Source of the DNA: an uncultured delta proteobacterium
GTDB taxonomy: Bacteria; Desulfobacterota; BSN033; UBA1163
Direction: 5' to 3'
Assembly: GCA_963708295.1 (NCBI GenBank)
Contig: CAVPSJ010000017.1
Span: forward strand, 64,001-128,000
Length of the DNA: 64,000 nt
A program made the translations under genes and the position numbers. The notes beneath the pieces were generated by a model, which had not been told where the DNA came from, made no database searches, and worked only from the letters and a program-made list of their open reading frames with translations. Numbering within the stretch: the stretch's first letter is position 1; each line of letters starts with the position of its first letter. Positions 43,044-52,692 of this stretch are shown piece by piece.

Positions 43044-44351
43044 ATGTTCTACCACCTCTACAATATCCTGCTCACGTTGCTTCTCATTCTTGCAAGTCCT
43101 TATCTTCTCTTCAGGAGCCTTTTCCAGGAGAAGTTTCGACGGGCATTGGCTCAACGGCTGGGATTTTATCAAAGCCCCTCCTTCCAAAGGCCCATTTGGG
43201 TCCACGCCGCATCGGTCGGAGAAGTATTCTGCTCCATTCCTCTTCTGAAGAAGATTAAGAAGGAGTTTCCCCTTTCAAAGATTGTTTTGACGACGATCAC
43301 CTCTACGGGGAATGAGACAGCTAAAACCCGCGTCCCTGAGGCCGACCGAGTCTTTTTCTTCCCGATCGACCATCCCCTCATCATTCAGCGAGCCATCAAA
43401 AAAATCCAGCCCGGGATTCTCCTCATTGCAGAGACAGAACTCTGGCCCAATTTGCTCCGGTCTTGCGGAGAAAAAGGAATCCCTGTGGCTCTCTTCAACG
43501 GGAGGATCTCCCCGAGGTCATTCCGACGTTACCTCCGCTTCAAATTCTTTTTCAAAGAATGCCTGGAATGCATCTCCCTTTTCTTGATGCAGACAGAGGA
43601 AGATCGAAAGCGGATTCTTGAGATCGGAGCGGAGTCTCAAAAAACAAGGACCGTGGGCAATTTGAAATTCGATCAGACCTTCCCTCCCTTCACCCCCGAA
43701 ACCCTGACGAGAACGGCAAGAACCCTCGGCCTTCACGGGACGGAGAAAATCCTTATCGCAGGGTCGACCCATTCCGGAGAAGAGGAGATCCTGGTAAGTC
43801 TTTACAAAGCGTTGAAAGAGATGAATCCCACGCTTGTCCTCATTCTTGCTCCGCGACATCTCGAACGGCTGGAAGAAGTGGAGGGGATCTTAAGAAGAGA
43901 GTCCGTCGCGTGGTCGAGGAAAACGACCCTTTCCCAGGATGCGGGTCGGTCGGATGAAGAACACCCTGAGGTGATCCTCCTCGATACGATGGGGGAGCTG
44001 ATGGGCATTTACGGCCTCGGGACATTGGTCTTTGTAGGCGGAAGTCTTGTCCCCGTCGGGGGCCATAATCCCCTCGAGCCCTTGTTTTTTGAAAAATGCG
44101 TCCTCTTCGGTCCCCATATGTTTAATTTCTTGGAAATCTCTACCCGTCTGATTGAGGAAAGAGGAGCCATCCAGGTATCCGGAAAAGAGGCCCTCTTCTC
44201 GCAACTGAAACGGCTCCTTTTTGACGAAGCGGCACGAAAAGAGGTGGGGCAAAAAGGCCATCAGTTTCTTCAGAAGCATCAGGGGGCAACAGAAAGAATG
44301 TTTGAGGAGATTCGACCCTTCCTAAACGATATTTCAGATTGCAGATTTTAG
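43044..44351 (+). CDS. waaA: Kdo transferase WaaA/KdtA
   Basis: WVHAASVGE, ETELWPN, GNLKFD, AGSTH, APRH, GGSL..VGGHNPLEP. Confidence 0.96.
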   Translation: MFYHLYNILLTLLLILASPYLLFRSLFQEKFRRALAQRLGFYQSPSFQRPIWVHAASVGEVFCSIPLLKKIKKEFPLSKIVLTTITSTGNETAKTRVPEADRVFFFPIDHPLIIQRAIKKIQPGILLIAETELWPNLLRSCGEKGIPVALFNGRISPRSFRRYLRFKFFFKECLECISLFLMQTEEDRKRILEIGAESQKTRTVGNLKFDQTFPPFTPETLTRTARTLGLHGTEKILIAGSTHSGEEEILVSLYKALKEMNPTLVLILAPRHLERLEEVEGILRRESVAWSRKTTLSQDAGRSDEEHPEVILLDTMGELMGIYGLGTLVFVGGSLVPVGGHNPLEPLFFEKCVLFGPHMFNFLEISTRLIEERGAIQVSGKEALFSQLKRLLFDEAARKEVGQKGHQFLQKHQGATERMFEEIRPFLNDISDCRF

Positions 44352-44406
44352 ATTTCAGATTGAAAAGGTGTTCAATTCGAAATTTGCGATTTGAAATTTG
44401 AAATTC
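44331..44406. repeat. 7-nt-period (ATTTCAG / TTGAAAT) inverted array
   Basis: atttcagattgcagattttagatttcagatt / aattcgaaatttgcgatttgaaatttgaaat. Confidence 0.75.
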
Positions 44407-44407
44407 A

Positions 44408-45481
44408 ATGATGCATCGGTTTGATCGATTCCTTTATCGAAAAGAGAAACCCCTTGGGGAGAGGATACTTCTCTTTCCTCTTTACCTCCTCTCTCTGCCC
44501 TATGGATGGATCGTTCGCACAAGATCCCTTCTCTATTCCCTTCAGCTATTGAAAACAAGGACGCTTTCTTGTCCGGTCATCAGTGTCGGCAACATCGCGG
44601 TAGGTGGAACAGGCAAGACCCCTTTGGTGATGGCTTTGGCAAAGGGGTTGATGAGCAGAGGGATATCCGTCGCCATTTTGAGTCGAGGGTATAAAAGAAC
44701 CAAGACCTCTGAACCGGTCGTGAGCGATGGGAGGAACCTCTTTCTCTCACCGGAGGAGTCAGGGGATGAACCCTTTCTGATGGCTCAGGCTTGCAAGGGG
44801 GTCCCTGTCCTCGTCGGGAAAAACCGATTTGCAAATGGCCGGATCGCTCTTCGACAATTTGATATCAAAGGGCTGCTCTTAGACGACGGATATCAGCACC
44901 TTCCCCTCCGTCGAGACCTCGACATTCTGCTCATCGACTCACGCCTTGGCTTTGGAGACGATCACCTTTTGCCAAGAGGAATTCTGAGAGAGCCTTTATC
45001 CCATCTTCGCAGGGCCCATCTATTCCTTCTCACCAAAGTCGAGGATCTTGAGGCCTCGCGATCCATCGAAACAAAAATCAATGAAATCCATCCCCGAGCA
45101 GACGTGTTTCACAGCCATTACCAGCCGATGAGTCTGGTAGATGCTCAAGGGGAGGAAGAAGAGCTTGATTCTCTGAAGGGAAAGAAGATTCTCGCTCTTT
45201 CCGGGATCGCTCACCCGGACTCCTTCTCCTCCCTTTTGAGGAGGTGCGGGGCGGAGATCGCGAACGAAGCGATCTTTCCGGATCACCATCTCTACCTGCC
45301 CAGAGATTTATCCTCCGTCAAAGAAAAAAGCAAAGGAATCGACTGGATTGTCACGACGGAGAAGGATATGTTAAAATTGCGGAGGTTGGGTATGGGCGAT
45401 CTTCCCATCCGGTCCCTTCGAATCGAAATGAAAATCTGGGAAGAGGAAGCGTTTTTTGAAAGGGTCATCTCGCTATTTTGA
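44408..45481 (+). CDS. lpxK: Tetraacyldisaccharide 4'-kinase LpxK
   Basis: VISVGNIAVGGTGKTP, LSRGY, GDEP, LDDGYQH, FPDHH, TTEKD. Confidence 0.96.
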   Translation: MMHRFDRFLYRKEKPLGERILLFPLYLLSLPYGWIVRTRSLLYSLQLLKTRTLSCPVISVGNIAVGGTGKTPLVMALAKGLMSRGISVAILSRGYKRTKTSEPVVSDGRNLFLSPEESGDEPFLMAQACKGVPVLVGKNRFANGRIALRQFDIKGLLLDDGYQHLPLRRDLDILLIDSRLGFGDDHLLPRGILREPLSHLRRAHLFLLTKVEDLEASRSIETKINEIHPRADVFHSHYQPMSLVDAQGEEEELDSLKGKKILALSGIAHPDSFSSLLRRCGAEIANEAIFPDHHLYLPRDLSSVKEKSKGIDWIVTTEKDMLKLRRLGMGDLPIRSLRIEMKIWEEEAFFERVISLF

Positions 45482-45501
45482 GAAGAAGAGGAGAGAAGAA
45501 G

Positions 45502-47028
45502 TTGAAAGCACAGGTCAAAATATTCGACACCACCCTCCGGGACGGAGAGCAATCCCCCGGGGCGACGATGAATGTAGCCGAAAAAGTGAGGATCGCCCAG
45601 CAGTTGGAGAAGCTGGGAGTCGATATCATCGAGGCCGGGTTCCCTATTTCCTCTCAGGGGGACTTTGAAGCGGTCAGGACGATTTCGAGAACGATCATCC
45701 ATTCAGAGGTAGCTGCTTTGGCCAGAGCAAATCCCCAGGATATCGACCGGGCCTGGGAAGCGGTCAAGGGGGCCAAATTTCCCCGGCTTCATACGTTCAT
45801 CTCGACCTCCGATATCCATCTCAAGCATCAGCTCAAAAAATCAAAAGAGGAGGTGATTCGGATTGCCTCCCAGTCCGTGGCCAGGGCAAAACGGCTAACT
45901 CCGAATGTCGAATTTTCAGCCATGGATGCCACCCGAAGCGATGTGAAGTTTCTGGCCGCAGTGACCGAAGCGGCGATCCGCGCGGGGGCAACCACCATTA
46001 ACATCCCTGATACCGTCGGTTACGGGATTCCCTCCGAGTTTGGAGCATTGATTCAAACCCTCCGGCAAACGGTGAAAGGGATTGACAGGATTACGCTAAG
46101 CGTTCACTGTCACAATGATCTTGGTCTGGCCGTTGCCAATTCTCTTGCTGCCGTTCAGAACGGCGTCAGACAGGTGGAGTGTACCATCAACGGAATCGGG
46201 GAAAGGGCAGGGAATACCTCCCTCGAAGAAGTCGTCATGACCATCCGAACACGAAAGGATCTCTTCCCGTTCTTTACCCGTGTGAATCCGAAGCATATCT
46301 TTGCCACCAGCCGTTTGGTCTCGAAGATCACCGGCATGGTCGTTCAGCCCAACAAGGCCGTGGTCGGCTCGAATGCCTTTGCCCATGAGTCCGGGATTCA
46401 TCAGGATGGTGTCCTCAAGGAAAAGGAGACCTATGAGATCATGACACCGAAGTCGGTGGGAATCCCGAAATCCTCCCTTGTCCTGGGAAAACTCTCCGGG
46501 CGGCACGCTTTCAAAGAGAGGCTGAAAGAATTGGGATTCCGGCTCTCGGAGGATGATTTTGGCCTGGCCTTCAACCGCTTCAAAGAACTTGCGGACAAGA
46601 AGCGTGAAATCTATGACGAGGATATTGAGTCGATCGTGGTAGAGGAGATCCTCCGGATGCCCCGGCGCTATAAACTCATCTATCTCAACGTCATTGCAGG
46701 AAACATCACCATTCCAACGGCGACTGTGAAGATGGAGGTGGATGGGAAGCTGATGCAGGAGGCAGGTTTTGGCGATGGGCCGGTGGACGCCCTGTTCAAG
46801 ACGATCAAAAAAATCACCCGGACGAAGTCGAAACTCCTCCAATTCGCCATCAATGCGATCACCGGGGGAACCGAAGCCCAGGGAGAGGTGACCGTGAGGC
46901 TGCAGGAAAAGGGTCAGACCGTCATGGGACAGGGGGCAGATACGGACGTCATCGTGGCCAGTGCGAAGGCCTACATCAATGCCCTGAATAAAATAGAGTT
47001 CAAAAAACAGATACGGGTGAGATTATAA
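45502..47028 (+). CDS. leuA: 2-isopropylmalate synthase
   Basis: [37 protein letters not shown], regulatory C-terminal domain. Confidence 0.96.
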   Translation: MKAQVKIFDTTLRDGEQSPGATMNVAEKVRIAQQLEKLGVDIIEAGFPISSQGDFEAVRTISRTIIHSEVAALARANPQDIDRAWEAVKGAKFPRLHTFISTSDIHLKHQLKKSKEEVIRIASQSVARAKRLTPNVEFSAMDATRSDVKFLAAVTEAAIRAGATTINIPDTVGYGIPSEFGALIQTLRQTVKGIDRITLSVHCHNDLGLAVANSLAAVQNGVRQVECTINGIGERAGNTSLEEVVMTIRTRKDLFPFFTRVNPKHIFATSRLVSKITGMVVQPNKAVVGSNAFAHESGIHQDGVLKEKETYEIMTPKSVGIPKSSLVLGKLSGRHAFKERLKELGFRLSEDDFGLAFNRFKELADKKREIYDEDIESIVVEEILRMPRRYKLIYLNVIAGNITIPTATVKMEVDGKLMQEAGFGDGPVDALFKTIKKITRTKSKLLQFAINAITGGTEAQGEVTVRLQEKGQTVMGQGADTDVIVASAKAYINALNKIEFKKQIRVRL

Positions 47029-48314
47029 TGGCGACCATTCATCCAATGACGATCACAGAAAAAATACTCGCCTCTCATGCCAAGAAAAGAGAGGTTTCCC
47101 CAGGCGACCTGATCGATGGCCGTGTCGATCTGGCCCTCGGAAACGATATCACCGCTCCTCTGGCTATCCAGGCCTTCGAGGAGATGGGTGCGAAAAAGGT
47201 ATTCCACCGGGATCGTGTCGTCTTAGTCCCCGATCATTTCGCGCCTGCCAAAGACATCCTTTCCGCGGAACAATGCAAAGTCCTCAGAAATTTTGCAAGG
47301 GCCCATCGTCTTACCCACTATTTTGAAATTGGGGAATGCGGGATCGAGCATGCCCTTCTCCCTGAAAAGGGGCTGGTTCTACCGGGGGAGGTGGTCATCG
47401 GAGCGGACAGTCATACCTGTACCTATGGCGCCCTCGGGGCCTTCTCAACCGGAGTGGGCAGCACGGACCTTGCGGCGGTGATGGCCACGGGGAGGCTTTG
47501 GTTCAAGGTTCCGGAGAGCATCAAGTTCATCTTTTACGGAAAGGTCAACCCGTGGGTCTCCGGCAAAGATCTGATTCTCTTTACGATCGGGCAGATCGGC
47601 GTTGATGGAGCCCTCTATCAGGCCATGGAATTTACCGGAGAGACGATCCGGACGCTGCCCATGGAGGGTCGATTCACCATGGCCAATATGGCGGTCGAAG
47701 CCGGGGGGAAATCCGGCATTTTTGATCCCGACCCAATAACCCTCCAGTACGTCAAGAAGAGGGCCGCGAGGCCTTATAAGCTCTACCATAGTGATCCGGA
47801 TGCCAAATACAAAAAGGTATATGAATATGATGCCTCAAGAATCCATCCCCAGGTTTCTCTTCCTCACATTCCTTCGAACAGCAAAGATGTAAAGAAGATT
47901 GGAAAGATCGAGATCGATCAGGTGGTCATCGGCTCCTGTACCAACGGCCGTCTCGAAGACCTCCGGGTGGCGGCAAGGATATTGAAGGGGAAAAAGATTG
48001 CTCCTTCATTGCGACTGATCGTCATTCCTGCCACTCAAGAGGTCTACCGTCAGGCTTTGAAGGAGGGGCTGTTGGAAATATTCCTGTCGGCAGGCGCTGT
48101 CATCAGTCCGCCTACCTGTGGCCCTTGCCTCGGGGGCTATATGGGCGTCTTGGCAGAAGGGGAGAGGTCGTTGGCCACCACGAACCGTAATTTTCGGGGA
48201 AGGATGGGTCATGCCCAGAGCGAGGTCTATCTTGCAAGCCCCGCTGTGGCCGCCGCCAGCGCCGTCAAAGGAAGAATCTGTCATCCGGAAGAGGTCGTAA
48301 GAAAGAGGGGATGA
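47028..48314 (+). CDS. leuC: 3-isopropylmalate dehydratase large subunit
   Basis: [31 protein letters not shown]. Confidence 0.95.
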   Translation: MATIHPMTITEKILASHAKKREVSPGDLIDGRVDLALGNDITAPLAIQAFEEMGAKKVFHRDRVVLVPDHFAPAKDILSAEQCKVLRNFARAHRLTHYFEIGECGIEHALLPEKGLVLPGEVVIGADSHTCTYGALGAFSTGVGSTDLAAVMATGRLWFKVPESIKFIFYGKVNPWVSGKDLILFTIGQIGVDGALYQAMEFTGETIRTLPMEGRFTMANMAVEAGGKSGIFDPDPITLQYVKKRAARPYKLYHSDPDAKYKKVYEYDASRIHPQVSLPHIPSNSKDVKKIGKIEIDQVVIGSCTNGRLEDLRVAARILKGKKIAPSLRLIVIPATQEVYRQALKEGLLEIFLSAGAVISPPTCGPCLGGYMGVLAEGERSLATTNRNFRGRMGHAQSEVYLASPAVAAASAVKGRICHPEEVVRKRG

Positions 48315-48349
48315 GGATCAAGAATTCAAGTCGTCAAATAAATGGTCGA

Positions 48350-48640
48350 TTAAGCACTAAACTCGAAGCACGGGCGAAGCATCCCGAAGGGATCAATCCG
48401 AAACAGTTTAAACTCTAAACACCAAGCTCTAAACCCTAAGCAAATCCAAAATCTAAAACTTAAAAGTATACGGTTTGGAGTTTTGTGCTTTGGATATTTG
48501 AGTTTGCCCGCCCTGTTAAGTATGGGATGAGTTATTTCTGGCTTGATTTTCTTGAGTCCTCCGAAAAAGTGAGATCATTGATCTCATACAGATTTCCTTA
48601 ACAGGGTAAAAGCTTAGGATTTCGAGTTTAGAGTTTGACA
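48350..48640. repeat. 7-nt-period (AAACTCT / AGAGTTT) inverted array with a nested TIR element
   Basis: aagcactaaactcgaag…aaactctaaacaccaagctctaaaccctaag / tttggagttttgtgctttggatatttgagttt…ggatttcgagtttagagtt; CCCTGTTAAG…CTTAACAGGG at 48511-48606. Confidence 0.75.
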
Positions 48641-48690
48641 GGGGTTCCAAATTTCTTAAGATAAAAAATTCGTGAGCAGAGGAAACAACG

Positions 48691-49194
48691 ATGAAGTTAA
48701 ACGGAAGAGCTTGGAAATTCGGATCCGATGTTGACACCGACGCAATCATTCCCGCCCGCTATCTCAATCAGACGGATCCTGGAGAGCTTGCCAGACATGC
48801 AATGGAGGATGAGCGACCCGAATTTGTTCGGGAAGTCAAGAAGGGAGACATCCTTGTGGCCGAAAAGAATTTCGGCTGCGGTTCTTCCCGGGAACATGCT
48901 CCCCTCGCTTTGAAGGCAACGGGGATCTCTTGCGTGATCGCAGAGACCTTTGCGCGCATTTTCTACCGGAATGGATTTAACCAGGGACTTCCCCTCCTGG
49001 AATCCCTTGAGGCGTCGAAGGAAATAAAGGACGGAGATCTGGTTCAAGTGGATCTGACGACAGGAGAGATCTTCGACCTGACACAGCAGAAAAAATATTT
49101 TTCAAAACCCATCCCACCGTTTATGCAGGAACTGATAGAGGATGGGGGATTGATCCTTCACCTCCGAAAAAGGGGGTTGAAGGGAAATAAATAA
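48691..49194 (+). CDS. leuD: 3-isopropylmalate dehydratase small subunit
   Basis: VDTDAIIPARYL, NFGCGSSREHA, FARIFYRN. Confidence 0.95.
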   Translation: MKLNGRAWKFGSDVDTDAIIPARYLNQTDPGELARHAMEDERPEFVREVKKGDILVAEKNFGCGSSREHAPLALKATGISCVIAETFARIFYRNGFNQGLPLLESLEASKEIKDGDLVQVDLTTGEIFDLTQQKKYFSKPIPPFMQELIEDGGLILHLRKRGLKGNK

Positions 49195-49458
49195 AGCCCA
49201 ACCCATCCCAGGCCCGCCTGTGAGATATCGACCTTTCTTCTGAAGATCGGATCAAGCCTCGGTATAAAAGCAAAGAGACTGAAGTCTCCCCTGCCTTGAA
49301 GATTCAAACGTAACAAGTTTGAATGACGTTAGGACAAAATTGCAAGAAAATTGACAAAAACGGTCCTTGCCTGGCATCAAACCCGTTATCTCAACCTGCC
49401 TATCCTCATATTCATAAATAATTACGGATGCTTATATAAGATGTGGCATAGACAAGAG

Positions 49459-49474
49459 TGGCATAGAAAATGCA
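49459..49474 (+). promoter_or_regulatory. Sigma-54 (-24/-12) promoter
   Basis: TGGCATAGAAAATGCA, GG-N10-GC spacing, about 95 nt upstream of ATG 49569. Confidence 0.7.
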
Positions 49475-49568
49475 ATATTTTAACCCCGTTGAATCCATTG
49501 GACTGCATCTTTATGGAACCTATCTGCTTTTCACCGCAACCCATCTCAAACTCTAGGAGGAAAGGGGT

Positions 49569-50018
49569 ATGAATTACACAAAAACCGTTCTGTTAATCGT
49601 GTTGCTGCTCGTCGTGGGGGCTTGCTCTCCGAAGATCTATGGTACGGTCCAACTCCTGGACCCAAACCTGCAGCCGATTCTGCCTGCGAAGGAAAGTCCG
49701 CAAGGGACCGTGGTGAACATGATCAACACGACAACAACCCTTGAGAAAGCGTCCGGAGCCACCGTATCGGACGGAGAGGGTAAATTCAAGTCGGGTAAGG
49801 ATTACATTATTCCGGGAGTCTATAAAGTTGAAGCCAACAGAATCGGCTACATGACGGAGACGCAGACCGTCAAGATCAAGAAGTTCGGGTCGAAGAAAGT
49901 GGAGTTCAAGCTCAAGAAGATCCCGGAGGGGAACCGCAAGTCCATCGAAGGTTCCAAGTCGGACGAAGATAAGATTGTCAACCCGGGCGAGGTCAATATC
50001 CAGCCGCCCACGATGTAA
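49569..50018 (+). CDS. Lipoprotein with carboxypeptidase-regulatory-like beta-sandwich
   Basis: Lipobox VGAC; G.V…SDGEGKF…PGVYKVEANRIGY..ET..V. Confidence 0.8.
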   Translation: MNYTKTVLLIVLLLVVGACSPKIYGTVQLLDPNLQPILPAKESPQGTVVNMINTTTTLEKASGATVSDGEGKFKSGKDYIIPGVYKVEANRIGYMTETQTVKIKKFGSKKVEFKLKKIPEGNRKSIEGSKSDEDKIVNPGEVNIQPPTM

Positions 50019-50098
50019 GCAGATCACTAAAATCCGGGTTCCCACAGGGAGTCGTGGCTGCTCCACTTCTAAAAAGCAGCTTTCCCAGGAGGTCTCTT

Positions 50099-52672
50099 AT
50101 GATGAAGCACGCGATCAGGACGGTTCTTGTGATGTTTGGGGCATTTTCGCTGTTTTCGTGTTCGGGCGAAAACCTGGAACTCAAGGTGAAAGCCCGCCTG
50201 GACGGCGAGCCGGCAGCTCAAGCCAAGGTCATGGTGGACAACGAGGAGCAGGGCCTCACCGGCACGGACGGGATCTTTTCAAAGATCTTAAAGAAGAAAC
50301 CGGGGGTTGAGGTTGAGATCGTTGTCTCCAAGGAGATGCCAGGATACCGAATCCAGCCCTGGAAGGGTAAGTTCGTCATGAAGCTGCCCAAGTCGGGTAC
50401 GATAGACGTGTATGCATTCGACGCGGACCTTGCAGCCACACGATATGTCACGGTCACGGCCACCGAAAAGGGGGCACCTATTGCGGACGCTATCGTCAGG
50501 GTAGCGGGAAAAGAAGTGGGCAAGACGGACGCGCAGGGGGTATTTGTGTACGAGTATAAGACCCTGCCAAAGTCGGGCGCAGACCTCACGGTGACCAAAT
50601 CGGGGTATGCAACATGGCGCAAGACCGGCAAGCTGGAGCCCGGCGAGAAACTCGAAGCCGCACTCAGCAAGCGTGTGGTTGTCACGATCAACACGCTCAT
50701 GGAGGAGTACGGCCAGTCGAATGGCATCCCGGGGATCGCCGTGAATATCAACCATAAGGAAGTAGGCAAGACGGATACCAAAGGCGTCCTTATCTACAAG
50801 TATGACGGCGAAACAGGCAGGAAGGTTCCCCTGACGCTTTCTGCCCCTGGGTACATCCCTGAAACCTGGAAGACCTCGATTGTTCTGGGGGGCGAGGTGA
50901 CTATCCAGCGTTATTTCTACCCCATCACCCCCAGGCCGATTCGCGCGGGGATCTACCGGTTCGTGAGCAACACCCCGAGCGCCGACCTCAAAGAGGTGCT
51001 CAACCAGACCGAGGCGTCGGTGGCTGCGCAACTGTTTAAGTACAGCTGTTTCCGCGAGGTACCGTCCCAGACGCTCCAGGCAGAGATGAAGCAAGCAAAA
51101 TTGAGCATTGAAAAGCTCGCTACAAAGGGGTGGCACGAGACGCCCCTCAAAAAGACAGTAGACATGATCATCCTCGGAAGCGTTGCCAAGGATGAGAAAG
51201 GTTTGCTGATCGAGACGAAGTTTCACACCTCGGGCGGAAAGCTCATCCTGAGCCACATCGCCCGGGCCAAGAACATCGGCGACCTCAACAGCGCAGCAAA
51301 GGAGACGGCCAACGCCGTGCTTGAGCGCTTTCCTTTCGAAGGCACGGTGGTTTCCTCCGAGGGCGAACGGTATCGGATTAACCTCGGTAAATCAGGGTAC
51401 CGGATTGCCAAGGGGACAGACTTTACACTGATGGCCCCCCGTCTCGCAGAGACAGGAAAGGTATCAGGCTACCGCGAGACCGGAAGGCTTAGGGTGAAGA
51501 AGGCCGAAGAAAGCGCTTCGTGGACCGAAATCGAAGAACTGAAAAAAGATGAAAAGATCACGATCGGCGACCGCGTGGTTCGTCGTGTCTATCGCGAAGG
51601 CGAAGAAGAGGCCAGCCGCAACACGTTCATCCTCTCGGCAAAGGGCGGCCTGCCACCGGATGCTTCCCCCCTTGCAGCCGTGAATATCTATGTGAACGAT
51701 GAGTGGCTCGGGTCGACAGGAACGGATGGCAAGGCCGAGGTCCCCGTGCGTCTCAACAAGAGCTTTACGCTGATGCTCTACCGGCACGGATACCAGCCAG
51801 TGACCGAAAGGCTGAAGATCGAAAAGAGCAAAGACGTGAAGGAATTTGTGCTCGCCGTCAACAATGCGATATTCAAGATCGACTCCGAGCCGTCCTCTGC
51901 CGGTGTCTTCGTGGACGGTGAAAAGATCGGACAGACGCCGATCCTTGACGGGAAGCCGGTGAGCCTGGGTTTCCATACGGTCAAAGTCTCTGTGGGCGGG
52001 GACTTCCGAGACTGGGAAGAGGTGGTGGAGTTCTCCAGGAAAGAAGAGGATCGAACGGGCGACCGAAAGATCTTCCTGCCTAAAGACTACCTCAAGATCG
52101 GCCAGCGGGCCCAACAGAAGGGCGATCTCGAAGGAGCGGTCCAGGCCTACAAGAGCACCGAGAAAGGGCACCCGGACTACTCCGAGGCCCATCACCGATT
52201 GGCGCAGATCTACCTCGACGAGAAGGGCGACTACGACGCCGCCACCAGGGAATTCGAGAATGTTCTCTCGCTGCCCGAAAACCAGCAGTTGATCTACAAG
52301 CAGTTTTCAGTGGCCTTCATGAACCTGGGGCATGCGTACTATGAGAAGGGAAATGCCCTCGTACAGAGGGACAAGGAGGCGGCTGCTCAGAATTTCGCTA
52401 AGGCGGTCCAGAATCTACAAATCGCAAAGCAGAACACACGTTTTTTCCCGACCGTGCACTATGACGAGGCCGTGCATGACACCTACTACTATACGGCTCT
52501 CTCTTACCACAAACTCTATCTGATCACGCGGAAGAACAACCTTCTGAACAACGCGAATCTCGCGTGGCGGGAATACTTCGATTTTTTCCCTCGAAAGCTT
52601 GAGGGAAATGGTGCCTTTGAGAAAACCAAGGAAGGGGCGCAGAAATACTGGGATCAGATCAAAAATCTGTAA
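50099..52672 (+). CDS. Large lipoprotein: repeated beta-sandwich/PEGA modules, CsgG/TolB-N-like and FlgT-C-like core, C-terminal TPRs
   Basis: Lipobox LFSC after AGGAGG RBS; five V.V..(E).G.T..(G/P) modules including the PEGA-like IDSEPSSAGVFVDGEKIGQTP; FEGTVVS..GE.YRINLG…IGDRVV; TPR helices. Confidence 0.8.
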   Translation: MMKHAIRTVLVMFGAFSLFSCSGENLELKVKARLDGEPAAQAKVMVDNEEQGLTGTDGIFSKILKKKPGVEVEIVVSKEMPGYRIQPWKGKFVMKLPKSGTIDVYAFDADLAATRYVTVTATEKGAPIADAIVRVAGKEVGKTDAQGVFVYEYKTLPKSGADLTVTKSGYATWRKTGKLEPGEKLEAALSKRVVVTINTLMEEYGQSNGIPGIAVNINHKEVGKTDTKGVLIYKYDGETGRKVPLTLSAPGYIPETWKTSIVLGGEVTIQRYFYPITPRPIRAGIYRFVSNTPSADLKEVLNQTEASVAAQLFKYSCFREVPSQTLQAEMKQAKLSIEKLATKGWHETPLKKTVDMIILGSVAKDEKGLLIETKFHTSGGKLILSHIARAKNIGDLNSAAKETANAVLERFPFEGTVVSSEGERYRINLGKSGYRIAKGTDFTLMAPRLAETGKVSGYRETGRLRVKKAEESASWTEIEELKKDEKITIGDRVVRRVYREGEEEASRNTFILSAKGGLPPDASPLAAVNIYVNDEWLGSTGTDGKAEVPVRLNKSFTLMLYRHGYQPVTERLKIEKSKDVKEFVLAVNNAIFKIDSEPSSAGVFVDGEKIGQTPILDGKPVSLGFHTVKVSVGGDFRDWEEVVEFSRKEEDRTGDRKIFLPKDYLKIGQRAQQKGDLEGAVQAYKSTEKGHPDYSEAHHRLAQIYLDEKGDYDAATREFENVLSLPENQQLIYKQFSVAFMNLGHAYYEKGNALVQRDKEAAAQNFAKAVQNLQIAKQNTRFFPTVHYDEAVHDTYYYTALSYHKLYLITRKNNLLNNANLAWREYFDFFPRKLEGNGAFEKTKEGAQKYWDQIKNL

Positions 52673-52692
52673 GGCCTTCGGGAGGAGGGTAG

